Assembly: GCF_963853765.1 (NCBI RefSeq)
Contig: NC_088854.1
Span: forward strand, 41,912,001 to 41,976,000
Reading direction: 5' to 3'
DNA from: Magallana gigas
Taxonomy: Eukaryota
DNA length: 64,000 nt
Part shown: in pieces, positions 60,378 to 64,000 of the stretch
Layout: the number at the start of each line of letters is the position of its first letter
How positions within the stretch are numbered: position 1 is the first letter of the stretch
Made by a program: the position numbers and the translations under genes
The notes under the pieces: model-generated
The model's database searches: none
Seen by the model: only the letters and a program-made list of their open reading frames with translations
Told to the model about the DNA's origin: nothing

Positions 60378-63085
60378 CTAACAAGTAACATATTTATTAT
60401 CTCTTTTAACAAACAGCGAAGGTTCTATAGAATCTTGTAACAATAGAGACTGCTTTAACGAATGCGGAAGTTCCTGCTTCTCCACAAACTCCTGTATGTC
60501 ATGTCTTTGCATGCGTCTTAGGTAATTCCTACATAGAACCCCTAAACTACGAGGTGTTTGCATGTGATCTAGCAACTGTCTCCGAATACTCTCACTTTTC
60601 GTATGTTTAATGATGAATTTAACGCTCTCGGGGTCTTCCTCAGCAATATCGTTTCCCGCCTCCAACAGGAAGTGAGCAATGGTGACGAAGTTCCGGCACA
60701 CTGCGTCACATAGCGACGAACGATGACGTGGCATAATTTTAGGGTCCGCAATCCAGTCCGTATAGTAAGTGTCTGACCCCCATAAAACAAGAACGGGACG
60801 GTCAACCTCCATCTTGACGTTTAAACTGAGCAGCATCTTCACGAGATTTAGGTTACCTTTGATGATGGCTATGTGTAGCGGGGTCATATATCCGGGCTCG
60901 GCGCTCTGTCTGTTAGGATCCGCCCCACACTGCAACAGGTGCTTTACCATTGCCTCGTCTTCGCGGTTTATGGACTCGTGCAATGGGTTGAACCCATGAC
61001 CTGCAGTATCGTTGATGTCAAGTCCTTTCAAAACAAGCTTGGATATGAATTCCTTCTTATTCACTCCTGCCAGGGTTAAAATCGTCATGAAGGGGCTAGA
61101 ATCAGTCTGCAGTTCTGCTTTCACAAGTAGATGCTTTCTCTCTAGTTCGTTTTTCAAGATGACACAAACATCTTTTAAATCTAAAATTCTCGCCAGATCG
61201 TACGAGGTCGTGCCGTATATTTTTCTGCTAATATCAGCTTTATGATCTAACAAAACGCGAACCATATCAGGGTTATTTTGCAGAGTGGCGTGGAATAATG
61301 GATCCTCCTCCACGGGACATAGATACTCAGGGCGATGATTGAGTTGAAAGCCATGTTTTAAAAGTAGCTTCAAAGAATTCACTTTGCCTAAAAGGACAAA
61401 AATGATTTTAATGAATATTTATCAATCAAATAGTGGAAGTCTAGGCTTTCCAATAGTCCGAAATAATTAATGTTTACGACTTTGATATTTGACAATTCTG
61501 GCATGCCAAGTATCAAAATCGCTAGCTGCAGGTCTGTAGCTCCCGGTCTGAAAAAATTCGGATGGACGACCTGGGAGCTACAGTGCCTCCCATAGTAAAA
61601 AAAACTGCAATTTACGGCTCACAAAAAATTGCGCTAGTTTTGGACTGATTAAATTATTTTCACACAAATTCTGTGAAAACAATTAGTACCATTAAATTCT
61701 TCAGACAATTTACTACTGATATTGTTACTTTACTTGCCTCAGACTTTCTCTGAAACATGCTAACCGACCTCCGAAAATAAAGTGTATTAATTTACGTCAT
61801 GTAAACAAACTGCACCACTTCATTTTACGGGGCTGGTGATGGTGTTTAAAAGAATATCAGAGGCAAGTAAAGTGACGATATCTGTAGTAAATTGTCCGAG
61901 GAAATTTTTGGAATCAAATATTTGTACAGAATGTGTTCGGAATTGAGTTTAATCAGTCCAAAACTAGCGCAATTTTTTGTGCGCCGTAAATTGCAGCTTT
62001 TTACTATGGGAGGCACTGTAGCTCCCAAGTCGTCCATCCGAATTTTTTCAGACCGGGGGCTACAGTCCTGCAGCTACAAAATCGCTAAAAAAAGCCAAGC
62101 TGATTCCGAAATCTCTGTCGTTTAACAGATGTTTCGGACTTGGCTTTACTTATATTATAGGTGTACTTACCTTTAACAACAGCTGAGTAAATCAGGGTAT
62201 GTTGCTGTTGTGGGGTATAAAAATCAGCATCACGTGTCTGGAGCACGCGCCCAGTGATGTAATCATCACCATAGATATCGGCCCGATACAGAGTTCCTGG
62301 AGTTGCCATGACGCCATTGTCTGTTAGAAGTTGGACCATTCTCTTGTTGTTCATTTCTACTGCGCAACACAATGCGCCCTTTTGGTACGAGTTTACAAAA
62401 TTCTTTTGCAGACTTTCCATTTTCAACAACATCTTAACGATTTCATCAGCATTTTCCAAAACTGCCAACATTAGAGCTGAATATCTTTCTTCTCCTCTGC
62501 AGCAGACGTTAACATTAATTTTCTTTGAGATCAAAAAATTAAATAATTTTATATCTTTGTTGTAGATTGCAAAATGGATCGGAGCAAATAATGTCGCTTT
62601 CGTTGTTTCGTTAAGAGAGCAGTCATGTTCATGAACTAGAAATTTGATGACTCTTAACTTCCCTAGAGCACATGCGCAGTGCAAAAACGTAGTTGCTGCA
62701 TGTTGCGGAACGTTGTCTGTTGTATGCTCCACGTGCGGACACCGTCCTTCCAATACCCATCCCGATAACTTTTCGATGTGAAATATGTGATTATTGTGGC
62801 GTAGTTTCTCGAACATTTGTCCACAAATGCACATTCGATTACGACTTTCGTACTCTGTAAAAGATCAAACACAATATTTGCATTGATGCAGAACAATTTC
62901 TTTTCATTCATAGAAATGCAAATATATGGAATATATGATGTCAGGTATTTACCGAATCCTAATTCCTTTTTCATAATGTCTTTGTTCATGGATAGCGTCC
63001 ATATGATTTCGTCCTCGTCCTTTGCAACCATACATTGTAAGATGGTGACCTGACGATGTCGGGTGGCAACATCGATCTCCGTCAT
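60378..63085 (-). CDS. Ankyrin-repeat and SOCS-box protein (ASB-like), 3 coding exons, ~608 aa
   Basis: Exons (minus) 63085-62953, 62854-62171, 61387-60378, all GT-AG and in frame. About 10-12 ankyrin-like repeats (TFLHCACALG, APIHFAIYN, NPLHESINRE, TPLHIAIIKGNLNLVKMLL). C-terminal SOCS box PRSLGVLCRNYLR...LPHSLKQSL. Confidence 0.88.
61523..62076. mobile_element. Mutator-like foldback element (~230-bp TIRs) in intron 2 of the ASB-like gene
   Basis: tagctgcagg...cctgcagcta with long mirrored arms. Exact 9-bp TSD CAAAATCGC at 61514-61522 and 62077-62085. Confidence 0.88.
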
Positions 63086-63625
63086 TATCCCGCCCGAATT
63101 TTCTCATTCCTCTGTGCCTCTGTCATGCAGAACACAGCGGAGCATGTAACCTTTCGAAATAAATATTTCTGACTTAATGTAATTTACTGTATTCAATTGT
63201 TAAGACATATATTTTAAATGTTTCCTTTAGACTATAGATTATGGAGTCACGGTATCTTTACAACTAATAGTATGTACAGAATCTAGATCAGGAATATTTC
63301 AATTTACTTTATCAAAATTAGTTTTACAAACTAGGCACTTTTAACTTCTTTTAACAAGATTAATTTTCTCAAGATATCATTAAAAGAGTTGAATGCTACA
63401 CTGAACAAAATAGCTATGAAGTCCGGTACGAGTGATTCCAAAATATGCTTACCTTAACTCGTTTCCTATAGTTTCTTTACATAATTTAAAATGCATACCT
63501 GTCTTGTTAGGTTCGGATCAATAATATCGATCAAGCTCAACGTAATCCTGTAAAGGTTTTTATTCTAAAGGTAAACAAGAGCCAAATTCATACCCAAACA
63601 ATTTAAAGGTCTACACCATTATTAC

Positions 63626-63659
63626 CTGGGATGTGTTTCGCGCTCAAATCCGCCGCCAT
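63626..63659 (-). promoter_or_regulatory. Probable first exon/TSS region of the ASB-like gene, with YY1-like ATGGCGGCG and an upstream ATG
   Basis: taATGGCGGCGGAT...CCCAG|GTAATA donor. Candidate 13-nt micro-exon at 63453-63465. Acceptor at 63150. Confidence 0.45.
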
Positions 63660-64000
63660 TAACTTCAGGAAAAAACGAACAATAGACGTTGGACCCTTTG
63701 TATTGTTTCTGGAAACTTTATTAACTGAATACTGACTGTTTTAAAGTGACGACACTACGATATCGGCCCGTCTTTCGGTCGTTCTGCATATTCATTGAGA
63801 TTAGGCTTAGGCTATCTAACATTGATTGGTTAGTGCTTAATAATTGTTTTTTCGATATTGATTATTGTAGGAAAAATTATGCATGTGCACATTAATTAAC
63901 TCTCGCAGCACATGTGATTGTATGGTAGGACATATGGAGTCTGGGGTGGGGTTGTTGGGTTAGCGATTGTATCTCGATTTCTTACGTAAATTGTTAAAAT

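Overview
Eukaryotic (intron-rich, AT-rich) genomic DNA, most likely from an oyster or related bivalve. This is inferred from metazoan orthologues, a ~166-bp Cg170-like satellite inside a Helentron-type element, and typical bivalve MITEs. There are two N gaps and no prokaryotic features. I could splice seven genes by hand with open reading frames: CDK7 (+), PGLS (-), CDC73 (+), XPNPEP3 (-), ST13/Hip (+), an unrecognised 1017-aa multipass membrane protein with a single coding exon (-), and an ankyrin-repeat/SOCS-box protein (-). There is also a probable first exon of an unidentified gene head-to-head with CDK7. Introns and intergenic DNA are packed with non-autonomous DNA transposons, several with exact TSDs. 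The most interesting observations are: (1) the orphan 1017-aa membrane protein; (2) strong window-wide excess of the palindromes TACATGTA and TACCGGTA, which look like Tc1/mariner excision footprints; (3) an XPNPEP3-ST13 head-to-head pair matching the human arrangement; (4) a minisatellite that multiplies the CDK7 splice donor inside the catalytic HRD motif; (5) a natural Ser at the CDK7 Cys312 covalent-inhibitor site; (6) a MITE carrying telomeric repeats. All identifications come from reading and recall; no database search was run.
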